Source of the DNA: Chrysomallon squamiferum
Lineage: Eukaryota > Animalia > Mollusca
Direction of reading: 5' to 3'
Assembly: GCA_012295275.1 (NCBI GenBank)
Contig: CM022665.1
Location: 19,158,001 to 19,222,000 of the forward strand
Length of the DNA: 64,000 nucleotides
Of the stretch, positions 1-13,080 are shown in pieces. The position numbers and the translations under genes were made by a program. The stretch's first letter is position 1. Each line of letters starts with the position of its first letter. The notes below the pieces were generated by a model, which did not search any database, was not told where the DNA came from, and saw only the letters and a list, made by a program, of their open reading frames with translations.

Positions 1-633
1 TGAAGCAATGTTTATTCATCAGTATCACATGTCAGTTATAGATATTTATGACTGCTGGATACGTAAACACCTTACTGATTAAACTCAATATATATATTTG
101 TTTGTGTTTGTTTGTAATAGTAACTTTATAATAAAGTTATCTCAGTTGTAATATTCGCTTGAATGTTATACAGGATACAGTTTGTAATGTGAAGGAAGTG
201 GACAGGACTGATCAAGCGACGTATTTCTCCTTACCACGTCAACTTCCATTAAACAAAAATATGTGCAGAACCAGGATATTTTACAGAGGTAAGAAAAGGC
301 CACACACACGCGCACACACACACACAAACACAGATATAGACACATGCAGATATATTAATAAAATAGTCATTTTTATCTATCTTATTTATTTGTGTTTGCT
401 TACAAATAAAAATTATTTCCTTCAGAAAATCATGGTTAATACAATATTATTTATCACAGTGTTTTTCCCCTATTTCAAAAATAATTAGTTCAGCCTTACA
501 AAAAGTAAAATTTATAACAGTAATATCAAATAAAAATTCGTATCCCTCTATTCCAGTCTGTAAACAGTCATTTATTTCGTAATATACGAAAAACGTAAAC
601 GCCAGTAAGTGTATAATCACCGATGGATTATCC

Positions 634-839
634 TTAGCATGTTCCGGAAACACACGATTGTATAGTTTCGTCCCATACCGTCCCTGGTGAACAGTCGTGA
701 ACGTAAGCCTTTCCGTCAACACACTGGATAAACTGCCCACATTTATATCCTTGGTGATACGAGTGTCCGGTTGGAGAACATATAATTCCCTCCACACAGC
801 GATTGTTAAGAGTACTCCAGACAGCACCAGCCGCACATA
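634..839 (-). CDS. Exon 3 (terminal) of PAN-EGF-CBM14 protein: chitin-binding type 2 (peritrophin-A/CBM14) domain
   Basis: Acceptor tattttacag, phase 1; reads (I)CAAGAVWSTLNNRCVEGIICSPTGHSYHQGYKCGQFIQCVDGKAYVHDCSPGTVWDETIQSCVSGTC*; C-x12-C-x5-C-x9-C-x12-C-x4-C spacing with the PGTVWD motif; TAA at 636-634; AATAAA on minus strand at 576-571. Confidence 0.85.
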
Positions 840-980
840 CTGTAAAATACAGGTTCTTATATCATATTAAATGTTCAGTAATTGTTAACTAATTAAAACA
901 GTGAATTTTTATGTCTCTAATATAATTTTAATGTTTTACTGGATATTAACTATTCACTGAAATACAACAACAACAACAAC

Positions 981-1022
<42 letters not shown>

Positions 1023-1123
1023 CATAATCACAACAACAACAACAACTGTCTTTAATTTGACTTTTTCATAATCGCTTCACTTCGTTTTACTGTGTGTTTC
1101 TGTCTTTGTGTGTGTTTGTGAAT

Positions 1124-1124
<1 letters not shown>

Positions 1125-1184
<60 letters not shown>
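1125..1184. repeat. (CA)n microsatellite
   Basis: Perfect CA dinucleotide run. Confidence 0.95.
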
Positions 1185-1189
<5 letters not shown>

Positions 1190-1196
1190 GTACGTA

Positions 1197-1541
1197 CAGG
1201 GTGTCCACAATGTCTAGCCCCATATAACATTGATTTATTAATTAGTTTTCAGATAGTTACATTACGGCGGCTATATCAGAAGCTTACAATAACCTTTCAA
1301 GAACAATATTGGCGATAAACGATAACATGAACAAGATAACATTAAAAACAAATACTTCCATGCTTAGTTTAATACAAAGATCTGAGTTCATCGCGTTAGA
1401 AAATGGATATAAGTAAATGGATGTCATTTTGCCCATGTGGTGTAAACGATAAACTAACTGATAATTTATAAATTAAATTTATAAATCCTAATGGGTTTCT
1501 TCTATACTTTGGCAGCTGAGCCAGACTTTTGGATGTCTCTG
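1197..1541. mobile_element. Decayed Tc1/mariner-type MITE in intron 2 of the PAN-CBM14 gene
   Basis: Starts TA|CAGGGTGTCCACAATGTCTAG; ends CCAGACTTTTGGATGTCTCTG, an imperfect reverse complement. Confidence 0.4.
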
Positions 1542-1679
1542 CGTGTTTATGTGTATATATATATATATATATATCGTTTCATCTACCTATCACTATAAAT
1601 ATATATTTATCATACTCTGTTTATAAGTATCTCTCTGTATCAGTTTGCTTTTATTCATCTCTTCTTCTTTAATACTTAC

Positions 1680-1767
1680 TGATAGGAAAGCACTTGATGT
1701 TATTATGTACAGTGACACACATTTCATTATTTTCACAGCTGTTAAAGGTACAGGGTCCATAATCGCC
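1680..1767 (-). CDS. Exon 2 of PAN-EGF-CBM14 protein: 4-Cys EGF-like segment
   Basis: Acceptor tttactttcag, donor A|gtaagt; 88 nt reading GDYGPCTFNSCENNEMCVTVHNNIKCFPI; phase 0 in and phase 1 out match both neighbouring exons. Confidence 0.85.
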
Positions 1768-2569
1768 CTGAAAGTAAATAGGGAAACATTTTCATATATA
1801 TTTCTTTTTTCTATAACTGCTCGTTGAAGCATTTTGTAAAGTGTTTATTGTTATCATCATCATCATCAACATAATAATTATATTCATCATAACCATCATC
1901 ATCATCATAGCTTTTTTATTTGTTGTGAACGTTGTTATGACAGAGGAAATATTATACATTTATTTTTTTTTTTTTTTTTTTTTTTTTATACTTGGTCTTA
2001 TTATTCAGATAAATTTAACTAGGATGTAATAAATCTGGCTGGATGGTTAATCGATGATTCTCCGCCAGAGCTTTTTTTTGTTGTTGTTTTTTTTTGTTTT
2101 TTTTTTTGTTTGGCTAATCTACTGGCTAGTATACTGGTTTAACAATAATTTTGGTTTTACATTCCTTTAGATCGGTCATTTTAGAATTTTCTGGTACCAT
2201 AAAAAGTACCATGTAGTCGTACATATTCACGCTAAAAGAAGAAACTCGAGACCCCTGTCATAAATTACCGATTCGGACTGGTTTGAATCGATCTCAATCG
2301 TGACGTAACGGTCAACTGATTAAGACGTGACAGCTTCGTAGTGCGGCGTACTTAAGGGTTGAAAAAATACGACATTTGGCGGAGAACCAGCAATATCAAC
2401 CCAAATGTCCGTTAGAGTGTTCTCCGCCAGAGGATACTCGGGCTATCTTCGGAAAGGTTCAAAAAGTGTTTACTGGTCGTGCATGCATATCTAGTTTTCA
2501 TTTTCGAGTAAAAGTTAAAAATTAAGATAAAGATTTAAAAAAAAAAAAATGTACAAGTAACATACATAC

Positions 2570-2848
2570 GTTTTCATTAGATAGATTCACATAAACCGAG
2601 TTGCTTTTTGACATCAGATTGCCACCGTCGTTGCTGAAAAACAGTTCACATTCTCGTTTCTGTACTTCGTAGTTAAACGACGAACAAACCCCACTGGCAA
2701 AACACAGGCTGTAACACTGGTTGACGTTGCTCACCTTGTACACAATGTTTGGAGGTAAATCCATTGCTGCCTGTTTTACCTCTGAAGCCACAACAATTAA
2801 CGGAATGCACGAAATACAGATTAAACGGAAGGAAAGTAGAAAAGACAT
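2570..2848 (-). CDS. Exon 1 of secreted PAN/Apple-EGF-like-CBM14 protein: signal peptide + PAN/Apple domain (93 aa)
   Basis: ATG at 2848; hydrophobic N-terminus (MSFLLSFRLICISCIPLIVVA); PAN-type motif QCYSLCFASGVCSSFNYEVQKRECELF; phase-0 donor AAC|gtatgt at 2569. Confidence 0.85.
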
Positions 2849-4328
2849 ATTTCGCTTGGTTTCAAATGATTATTGTTCCTGTGGTTATAAATGTTCTGGG
2901 TTGAATTAAACTGTTAAAAGTAATATTCTTTATTGCATTTACAGAACATCAAACACATACTCTGAGGCGAAGACTTTAGCTATCGAATCTGTAAAAAAGA
3001 CTTTGAACAATGAATAATATATGCGGGTTTTAGAGGATAAGGATAAATTATAGAGTCACACGTAAGTTTCTTTGTAGCATATAATCAAATGAGGAAATAA
3101 AAAACAAAACCCAAGCATCAAAATAAAAATATATTACTGAAAGTCACCTTGACTTACGCATGTATAATACGTTTTCGTTCTGAAAGGATTTTTGTATTAT
3201 TGTCAACAGTTATAACAGATTAAAATATACAGGTTCTTTTTCTAAAGAATATTACTAGTAACTGCTGTAAATAGTGCAAGATGATAATACGATGTACAAA
3301 ACACTGCAGTAAACAATCTAACATTTGTTCATTTTTTAATTTTTTTAATTATTTATTTTTTTATCTCTCTATCTTTCTATCTATCAATCTGTCTATCTAT
3401 CAATCTGTCTATCTATGTTCTTATTTATTCTAATTAATGTAGTATATTTTAACATTTATAGAAAATGAATTAATAATATAAAGAAAAAAGGAATTGAAAA
3501 TTACAACTGCTGGAATCTTAGAACTTCAAGAATTATTTATTCTCAATAATTCATTATATTTCAAGAAAATAACAGTTTTCGAAGAATTATTTTGTACTTT
3601 AGAATTTAGCACTTTCGAAAACCAAAAGTGATACTTTTAAGAAATCCTTAGAAATTAAGAACAATTAGATGTGCTTAAAACAATTACCGTAGTCAAAGAA
3701 TCAGCTGAGGAAGTCTGAGATTTGGAAAAATTCACTTTTTAGCCGTTGTCAGTGACTTGGTTCAAACTACAAGTGTACCTGGTTAACGTTGGCTCCAAAT
3801 GATCGATTTTTCTTACAGTTTTAAGACCGTTAAATATGAACTGATGCAAAGAAAGTGAACATAAAGAAATACCACAGTGATTCGTGGTTTTGTTTTGAAG
3901 TGCAGTAAAACTAATGGGTGTGAATCAATAAAATGAGGAGTAGGCCTACCCGTTGTCCAGCGGAACACTTGAATAGAATCTAATCACAGGAACAAATCAG
4001 TTTTGCAGAATCTTTGCATCTCCGTTTCTTAAATAGTTTTAATGATTATATTACATCCAGTTATTTACTTTCTTTAAAATTATGAATGTTAAATTAGTGG
4101 ATCCAGCAGTTCATTAAAAGATATATGGCACCAGTGACCACTGCTAGTGTACCAGAGTATAAAATACCCTCATCTATTATTATGGGAAGAAATAAATACC
4201 TTTAAGAATTTCTGTAAATATTATTATTTTTTTATGCTTCTAAAGCAGATAATGCAGCACAAAGGCACATTAAACTGTAAGAAAACAAAACTGGTATTTG
4301 TTCTTTCTGGGGTTAAAATTTACTTTCG

Positions 4329-4367
<39 letters not shown>

Positions 4368-6761
4368 GAGGGGGGTATGTTAATTATATGAACTGAAGGG
4401 ATCGGTTTTAGTTATTCTAAATAAATATCTATATTAATTGCTATAATTAATGAAAGACAGATTATTCAGTTTAGATTACGACTCTGATTACTTAATTTTA
4501 TCTGCTGGATTACGATACACAATCAAAAATTCATGTAGGCTGGTATGTCAAAAGTATCAGTGTTGTTTAATTTTAGTGAAACTAGAGAACTCACGTGATC
4601 CTAATGTGTACGCTGCCTTTGCCTACTGAACCAAACAACTGATGTATCTTCTTTAAGTCAATAAAAAAAAAAATAATAATAATTATGATGATTTTCCTCT
4701 TTCCGTTATATCAACAATTTTATGTTACCTGGTCTTCACTGCATGCTGGATATGGAGTAAGGATTTCAGTGGTCCTAAACTTACACAAATGCACGACGAT
4801 TCTTCAACGTGTGACAATATTCCGAAATAAACATGTTCAACTGGCTTTGGCAAACATCCATTTAATAATTACTGTAAACAGTCTGACCAATTATATAAAT
4901 CAGCTAAATATTGTTTAAATAAATGAATAAATAACAACTGAATCAGTGATGAAATGTCTTTCGTTATAGAGATTCCTTTTTCTTCACTGTCGTTTGAACA
5001 TACAGTTATTTATTTACAGTGCAGTACTGTTTTTAGTGGGTAAGATTATTTAACCTTTTCAAAATGTTATTGCGGTAGTTTGGTTCACAAAGTTTTGATT
5101 TATTGACCAGACAAGTGTTTTCGCTTATTACATTGATCGAAGCCTTCTTATCAAAGATCAATACTAAGAAAACTCTATGGACCTGGAAACAAAAGGAAAA
5201 TCTTTGCTTTCCTGCACGAAATATTACACCCGTGGTGAGAGAAACTGAATATTCCTAGATCTGAGGTCAGCACACTGCTGAAAACAACAACAAAAACACA
5301 TCAGTGTCTTCATTAACTGAATCTCCATTCATGCGTTGATTCTGACTTACACGAATTTTCAATTTTATTTTAATTTTTAAAAAAGCTTTATCAATAAATT
5401 AAACAGTATTTCTGTTCTGCTATGTACATTTTTTAACAATACTTAGAGAAAAAAGAGTAAGAATTATATATGTGCCTGTGTGTGCGTCTATATGCATGGT
5501 AGAATGGATGTGCATAAATGTATGCATCCATGTACGTTTATTTGTAGTATGCATGCATTCATGCATTTATGTATGTACATTTGTATGCATGTATGTGTTT
5601 CTCTTGTGTTTCTGGTTTTTCTTCTGTTGATTAAGGTATTTACTTTATACTCAGTATTTCCTTAAATATCGAATTCATGTATGAAAAATGTTACCTGTCT
5701 ATTTTTTGAAAATGTTATTACTCTTCTAAGTCTAAGAGATACGAAAACATTATCACTGCAAGAAAAGAATTATTGATAACGCTTTCATAAAACGTCCATT
5801 CAATATTTCTTCTTTTGTTTCAACACTGATCTTAAATATGTGCAAAACATGTAGGTGTACTAATTACTGCAAGAAAATATGTATTGGTTCTTCAGATTCA
5901 TAATACATAATACACAATAAACTAATCGTAGCAAATATTTTAAAAGTATCTGGTTTGTCATATAAGAAAGCTAAAAATGAGGAGTGTTAATCGATATGCT
6001 GTGTTTAAAAAAAAAAAAAAAGTTAAAAAGGAATATTTATAAATTTAATGTCGTTTCAAAAACACACTGAAATGTTGTTTACAAGTTCCCTATCTATAAA
6101 CACTTGACTGAAATATCAATAATAAAAATTACCAGAAACGGAGAAATATGCACACAAACACTGATAGACAGGATAATTAGTCACTGGTGTCAAATGAGTT
6201 ATTTAACATCAAATCACTTCGTTTTTTTCTTCTTCATGAATAATTTACTTCTTGTCGCAGATCGATAATTGCAGTTCGTAGAATGATAGCGGCGAGTTTC
6301 CTCTCTAGCATCATATATATATATTTTTGACACGTAATAACCATTAATATAAAAAAAAAAAAAACACACCAGTTTCATTAGACAAATTTATATTCATTTA
6401 TTAAACAAGAAACTATTAACGATAATGGTGGTTGCGGAGATTTCATTATTAAAATATCACATTCATTACCACCTTCGTGCAGTTTACAGGGGACAATTAT
6501 ATTTAATTACGGGATAATTTTGTTCAATATACAGTGGGGGGCGTATCAAGTGGCCGATCATAATAAGACATCGATTCTTCTGAACCTGCTTGTAAATACC
6601 AGTACTGCTTAAGAGTTATTCCAGAAACAACACATATTTACAAAACAAATCTTTGTTTATGAAAAAAACGAAAACAAAAAACAACCGACAAAAGATTTGT
6701 CCACGAGACATCAGTCAGTCGAAAGTTATTTTGTCGCTCGCTCTCTCACTTCCCGTTTTTA

Positions 6762-6764
<3 letters not shown>

Positions 6765-6824
<60 letters not shown>
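6765..6824. repeat. (CT)n microsatellite
   Basis: Perfect CT run. Confidence 0.95.
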
Positions 6825-6827
<3 letters not shown>

Positions 6828-7099
6828 ACACACACATACAACAAACTTAACCATGCAAAAAACCATACCGTTTAAAAAAAAAAAAAAAAAAAAAAATTAA
6901 AAATTAAAAACATATAGAAATAACAGAAAGAAGAAAAATGCCAATAATCAATAGCTGACAAATACCGATTTCGACTTGCAATAGTTCAGTGCTCCTCTAT
7001 GAGTCATTATGACTTATAAAAAAATAAATAACCCGTTATGACATGGACCTTATTTATTTATCTATATAAAAGAATTTGTTATTGTTATTGTTATTGTTA

Positions 7100-7145
<46 letters not shown>

Positions 7146-7699
7146 TACTACTACTACTACTATTGCTACTGTATTGGTCATATTACTACATGTAGCAGAT
7201 AAAATATAAAATCAAGATCATATTAATTAAATTAATATATCTTCCTGAGAAATATCTAACTAAACAGAAACTAGGAGCAAGAAGGAAATGCTGAAACCAT
7301 ATTTTTATATACGAATTTGTACAAAACAGTACATTATTTTAATGTTAAAATTTCTGTTATATTTAATTTGGACAGGCTGGAAAGAAAATGAGCTAATTTA
7401 ACTTTGTCAAATTCTGGTGTTCATTTTTAGAATATTAAATTTTATTCATCCCAAACATAAACGTTATTCACTTTAAACTGCATGTCAAATTATTATAATT
7501 CTGTGGCATGTCAGAGTTGTTTTTACTATTATTATTATTATTATTATTATTACTATTAGTTGTTGTTGTTGGATTTTATTGTCCAAGCTACATTATCACA
7601 AACAAGGACACTAAAACTAAAACTAATAATAATAAATTAAATATCTATGTGAAATACTAGCTAAGCAATAACAATGCCAATGTTTTTAATCTCATAAAC

Positions 7700-10170
7700 T
7701 GTAGGATTACAGTATGTAGAAGAATGTATTACAGATATATAATAAAAAAATTAATATGCACAAACTTTTAAAATATAAACATATTTTTGTGATTAAAAAA
7801 ATTATTATATGAAAATATATTTGGATATCTCATACATTTATCTGGTAAAACATTTATCACACTTAATAAAACAGGATCACTACATTCAAATATATTGAGG
7901 ATATTCATCTCCTATTTTGTCACAGTTACAAATATGACATTTTCTATTTTCTCTTAGAGCATTAAACCACTGTCCAGGTTTTACATGTACATAAAACATT
8001 AGCATTCTTTTCTGATAGTATTCTATTTTCTAATTTCAGTTCATTTTTGAAATTCTATAATTAACTGAGACATTTCAATTTCATTTTTACATATTTGTAA
8101 AAACTGATCCAGGAATACTTTTGATACCATTTCATGTAACAATTTAACGTTATCAAACTTGTGAAATGTCTTCTTTTTGTTCTCTTGTTGACTACAAGTC
8201 AAGGCCAGCAGTGACTATGAAAGATTCTGTTCTCTGTAGATCACTTCTTGTGTCATACAGCTTCTAAAAGAGTTGTTGTAGTTGTCCAGATAGTTTCCCT
8301 CAGCCACTGTAGATTTTTTGCAGTTATGGATGATATGTTCAGTCCATCTTTTCTGCTTTTCCACAGCAGCACTTGGAAGACGATACCATCCAGAACCTCT
8401 TATGCATATGCTGGTTGAGCCTGTTGTGTACCGTCCTTAATCAGAAAATGATGACTTGTTCATGGCAGCACAACAGGTAATAATCATAAATTTTGTTTGG
8501 GAAGTCTACAGAGGATTTAATGAGGATTGTCATCTCTTCGTATGTTACCCAGTTATCTTTCTGTTCATTACCTTCATCTAGTTTTGCCAGTCTGTTGGCA
8601 TTCTCATTTCTAGGTTTGCCACAGTGAGCTGGGATCCATCGTTTTATGACTTGGTTGACACTGCTGACAGGCTGTGGGGTTTGTTGTTTTCAAGAGCCTA
8701 AAGGGCAGAGACAGCATTTTTGTGGAAGATGACATGTAAGCAGTTCCATCTGATGCTTATAATGTTGGCAGCAAGAATGAGAGGCTCAACCTCTACAGCA
8801 AGTGTAGTGCAGTGTTTACCTGTAGGAATGTGCCTCCTCTTGTAGCCACTAGGGTCAATGATGTATGTTCCAGCTCCTCCCAAGGAGAATCCATAACATG
8901 TATTAAATAATACAACTTTTACCAACACTTTTTGAATATTACAAATTATGTTCCCCCAAAAATGTTATCACTTTTATTTTTACAGAAATGCAAAGGGAAT
9001 ACCATCCTAGTTCACCACAGACCACACAACCAGAGATACATTTATTAACAGAGTAAATTTTGCAAAATTTCATACAGTCTTTCCATTAATTGTACATTTG
9101 TAAAACCCCTTACTTCACAACCACACAATAAAAGTGATTGTACAAATTTGTCAAATAAATCATTTACACAGACAATGATGAGATTATTCAGGTGACTTTT
9201 ATCTATTATGATGTATGAAGCCTTCATTGCTTTATTATATAGATGTTTTACATGGTAATTAAATAAATTGTTTCTTGTAAAGTGTATGCCCACATATTTA
9301 TAGTTTTCAACTATATCAATAATCTTTAAATATATAATCATGGAGTTTTCTCCTTTAATTTTAAAATGTTAAGATTAAAATGTAAAACATCCAATGGTTC
9401 TGCTAACAGTATGGTATCGACAGCATATAGTGGATTAAAAAACTTTAAATAAACATTAAATTCTTCACTAAACATTGTTGTAATTGATTCTAGTCCATTT
9501 GTCTTATTAGCTGTAAGAAACTACTCTAGATCATTCAGAAAAATAGAAAATAGAAATGGTGAGATATTTTCTCCTTGCCTAATGATAATTTCACAATCAA
9601 AACTATCAGATAAACCATTCACTGTAATTCTTGCCTTTGCAGCTCCATACAAATTTACTAAAACATTCAAATAATTTCCATTTATATCAGATCTAATTAA
9701 CTTATTGGATAGTTCTTTTCTCAAGATTATATCAAATGCTTTCTCAAAATCTACTTTGTTCATTAAAATAATTAAGGAGTATAAAGAAAATATTTGGTCT
9801 GTTATGGAATAATTTTTCTGAAATCCAGATTAATTTTCTAAAAATCAGGTTTTTTTTCATCTGCATTCTTATTTAATCTAGAATTAAGTACATCGCAAAT
9901 AATTTACCAAAACAGCATAATAATATAATAGGTCTACAGATTTCAGGGTCATTTCAGGGGCCTTTATGTTTATATATTGGTTTAACCAACTATATGGTGT
10001 AACATTAAATAACAGTGCCTACAAAAATAGCATACAAATATTAAAAGTATTCTTAATATGTTCATTAATAATAAAGTCTTCTCCAGCTGATCAATTACAG
10101 TGGAGTCTGTGCATTGTTCTAGTTATTTCCTCTGCTTAAAATGGCTTGTTCAGAATATCATTAGTAGTTT
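7700..10170 (-). mobile_element. Decayed non-LTR retrotransposon (RTE-X/RTE-like reverse transcriptase), interrupted by a second LINE
   Basis: RT motifs VDFEKAFD...IRQGENISPFLFSIFLNDLE (9521-9763), degenerate YADD as LYAVDT (~9420), thumb region YKYVGIHF (9045-9341), C-terminal CICNCDKIGDE zinc-knuckle remnant (~7900); many stops and frameshifts. Boundaries approximate. Confidence 0.85.
8165..8895 (-). mobile_element. 5'-truncated RNase H-bearing LINE (I/Nimb/Ingi-like) nested in the RT element
   Basis: Minus strand reads WIPAHCGKPRNENANRLAK (RNase H motif, ~8580-8640), followed by a Cys-rich remnant and a GAA/A-rich tail; more GC-rich than its flanks. Confidence 0.75.
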
Positions 10171-10603
10171 TCTGTCTTCAGTGGAAATATATATGAGGTT
10201 TATATTTGATGTAAAATAACCATTATTTCATATAGTACCTATACACTTACTTGATCATGCACTTTGTTCTGAGTCAGTAGATACATTTTGTCTCATCCAT
10301 ATAGGAATAACTCTGTTTCCACTAACTGAAGTTCAAAATATGGCTATACAGTTACCAAATCTATTTCTAATCATTACTTATTTAATGATTATTGATGTAT
10401 ATTATATGTTTTAAAATTAATGTAATGATTTTTATGCATATTAACAACATTAGTCCAAAGAATGATATTTATGTATATACATGTATATGTATCTGATATA
10501 ATTAAACTGAAGAAAGTACGTTGATATTAACCAAAAATAATTATGTGATATCTAGAAAGAAACAAGAAACTTGTATCTCCATCCAACCATCCATATGTGT
10601 GTA

Positions 10604-10658
<55 letters not shown>

Positions 10659-11444
10659 CAGTGAACATATACCAAAACTGCATACCATAAGTAGATTCTT
10701 TTATGATATTGCAGAGATCCTGAGGTATCCATATTTTATATGCAAGTCTGCCTATGTGTGTATATGTATATATGCATATCTGTATAAATATGTAAATGTA
10801 TACAAATCTGTATGAGTGTATATAAATATATATATCAAAAATTACTTTTAACTGAATAATAATAATAATAATAATAATAAGAGGGAAGTTTAAATGTGAA
10901 TACCTTCTATATTACAGCAGACTGTTCTGGAACTGTCCCATGTAGAACTGAAAGTTAGGAATTATGTTCTTATTGAATTGATTCTTGTATTAACTTACAT
11001 TTTTTTCTCCTTAATTTTAAATACATAACAAACAGTAAAACAAAAATGTAAATATAAATAATCCCATTAAGAAGACAACAGTTATAGTCCAGACATCATT
11101 GCTTATTTCAAACGACTCCCATAACCATTCAGGCCACAAAAATTGCAATTAGACCATGAATACATTAAAAGATATGGTGAGATCAAAACAAGCAACATCT
11201 TTTGGTTAAGCTTGAAAAGTTCATCATAGGAGTATTGTAACAGCAATTTTAAAACAGTTACATAAAGTACATAATTAACAAGCTGAAACATTTATCCAAA
11301 AAATCATTATAAAGATTATTTCAATCCTAAGATATGTCCACTAAAGTTTTCTAATGTAACAGTGCATTTTTCTGCAATCACATGAAAGATCTAGTGATTT
11401 TAGTCACTTCATGAAACCCCAAATGTGTCAGAGTAATTTTAAAG

Positions 11445-11775
11445 CAGACATATCTTTATTAAAAATAATGGTTAGGTTATCAATCAATTTAATGTATTTG
11501 TTTGATCAACATAATTAATTACTACAAAATAACTGATCATAATAACAATTAAGATGAAGGATACAGTTTGAAGAGAAACTTAAAGCATACATAGTCGTAT
11601 AACATGAAGTTAGATAATTAGACATCAAGGAAAATATTAAACAATGGTAGAATAACTTTTTAAGCTAGGCTTTCATCCTATCTTGAGTTTTTATGTGGAC
11701 AGTTTTGTCCTATCTTGTTTTTTCACTGTGGAGGGGCTTTTGTCCCTCTGTGCATTTTTGGATTGGGGGGAACTA
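11445..11775. mobile_element. Non-autonomous DNA element, copy 1 (homologous to 40040-40425)
   Basis: Shares ATTTAATGT.TTTGTT.GATCAACATAATTAA...GAAGGATACA with 40270-40345 and has GGCTTTTGTCC-type subterminal repeats. Confidence 0.6.
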
Positions 11776-12977
11776 TGCATGTACCCCACCAACTGATATG
11801 CAAAGGTTCATTTATGAAGTTTTACATTTTCTTTCCTACAATGCAATACTGATTCCCATACATACTCACATAGAATGTTCTTACATACACACCTAGATTG
11901 TACTGCTTACTTTTCTTTTGAGTTCTTTTTATACTTTTTACTTCTTTTCCTCACTTTGTTCTCTCTAATTTGTTTCTTCTTCTTCCAGTCTGCATTTACC
12001 TCATTTGCCTTTAATTCATTTTTTCACATTTTTCACATTTTTTTCACCATAAAAAATTATATTCCATTTGTTACTACTTTCTTCTTGTTTTCATTCTACC
12101 CATTTTACCTTTCTTTTACTTATTCTCTAATTTTATTGTTGATATTATTACTATTACGTGTGATTTTTGATTTTTCCCTTTAATTCATTTTTGTTTTCCA
12201 TTTTAGTTTTTCTTTTTTTTCTTTCAAATATTTAGTTTTCTCTGGAAATAAATGGGGGAAATGATTTTTAATTTTTTATTTTTATTTTTTTTAATTTAAT
12301 TTATCTATATTTATTTTTCATTTATTTTCAGTATTTCCATTCTTTGGTACAGATTTTCTCCATTTTCTTTCTCTTATTCTTTCACTTTGCTCACTTTTTC
12401 TTTTGAAACTGATTAATGTTAAAGTGTATAACATCAAACAGTGGATTTATACTGTATTAACAAGTAGTATATTGTTTACTTAATGGACAACAGAAATAAT
12501 ATATGTTGCTTCCTCAAACATTCTCAGTAGTATATTTTGTCATCTTATACAATCATCCACATCCAGCTTACTCATTCACTATATGTAATTTTTTATGTAT
12601 CCCTCCAAACACTCAAAAACCAACATAAACCATATGTACAAAAAATTAAACTATTTTCAACCTATTAGATTTTATCAGTTTTAAATACCCACATACATAG
12701 CTGTATCTATATCACTGTATCTTAATGAATCACAGTTTCTCCATAGGTTCTAAAGGAAAAATACTGGTAAAGTTTATTCAGATAATAATTTGTAACTTTT
12801 TTCATATCAGTGATATCCTGGTGTCATTTTTATCTGCCTTATTTATTTATTTTTTTTTTATTTTTTTTTTTTATTTTTATTATTTTTTTTATTATTATTA
12901 TGATTTTTTTTTTGTTGTTTTTTGATGATATATAATTTTATAGGAAAATTATATTTTTGAAAATTTTGTGATATATA

Positions 12978-13080
12978 CTGAATCAGTGGGATACAAATAT
13001 AATCCTCTGCCACATCATTTGTGAACACAAATAAAAGTTCAGCATTTACGTTCCACCACCAACGTTTCTTCATCAGTTCT
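12978..13080 (-). ncRNA. Candidate intronic box C/D small RNA (orphan)
   Basis: Ordered boxes on minus strand: cUGAUGA (13076-13070), CUGA (13042-13039), aUGAUGU (13018-13012), CUGA (12986-12983); about 95 nt; GAA/UUC terminal pairing; no target recognised. Confidence 0.3.

Noticed and set aside
447-836. 129-aa minus ORF in the supplied track
   Set aside because: Wrong frame; the real exon (839-634) encodes the CBM14 domain in another frame.
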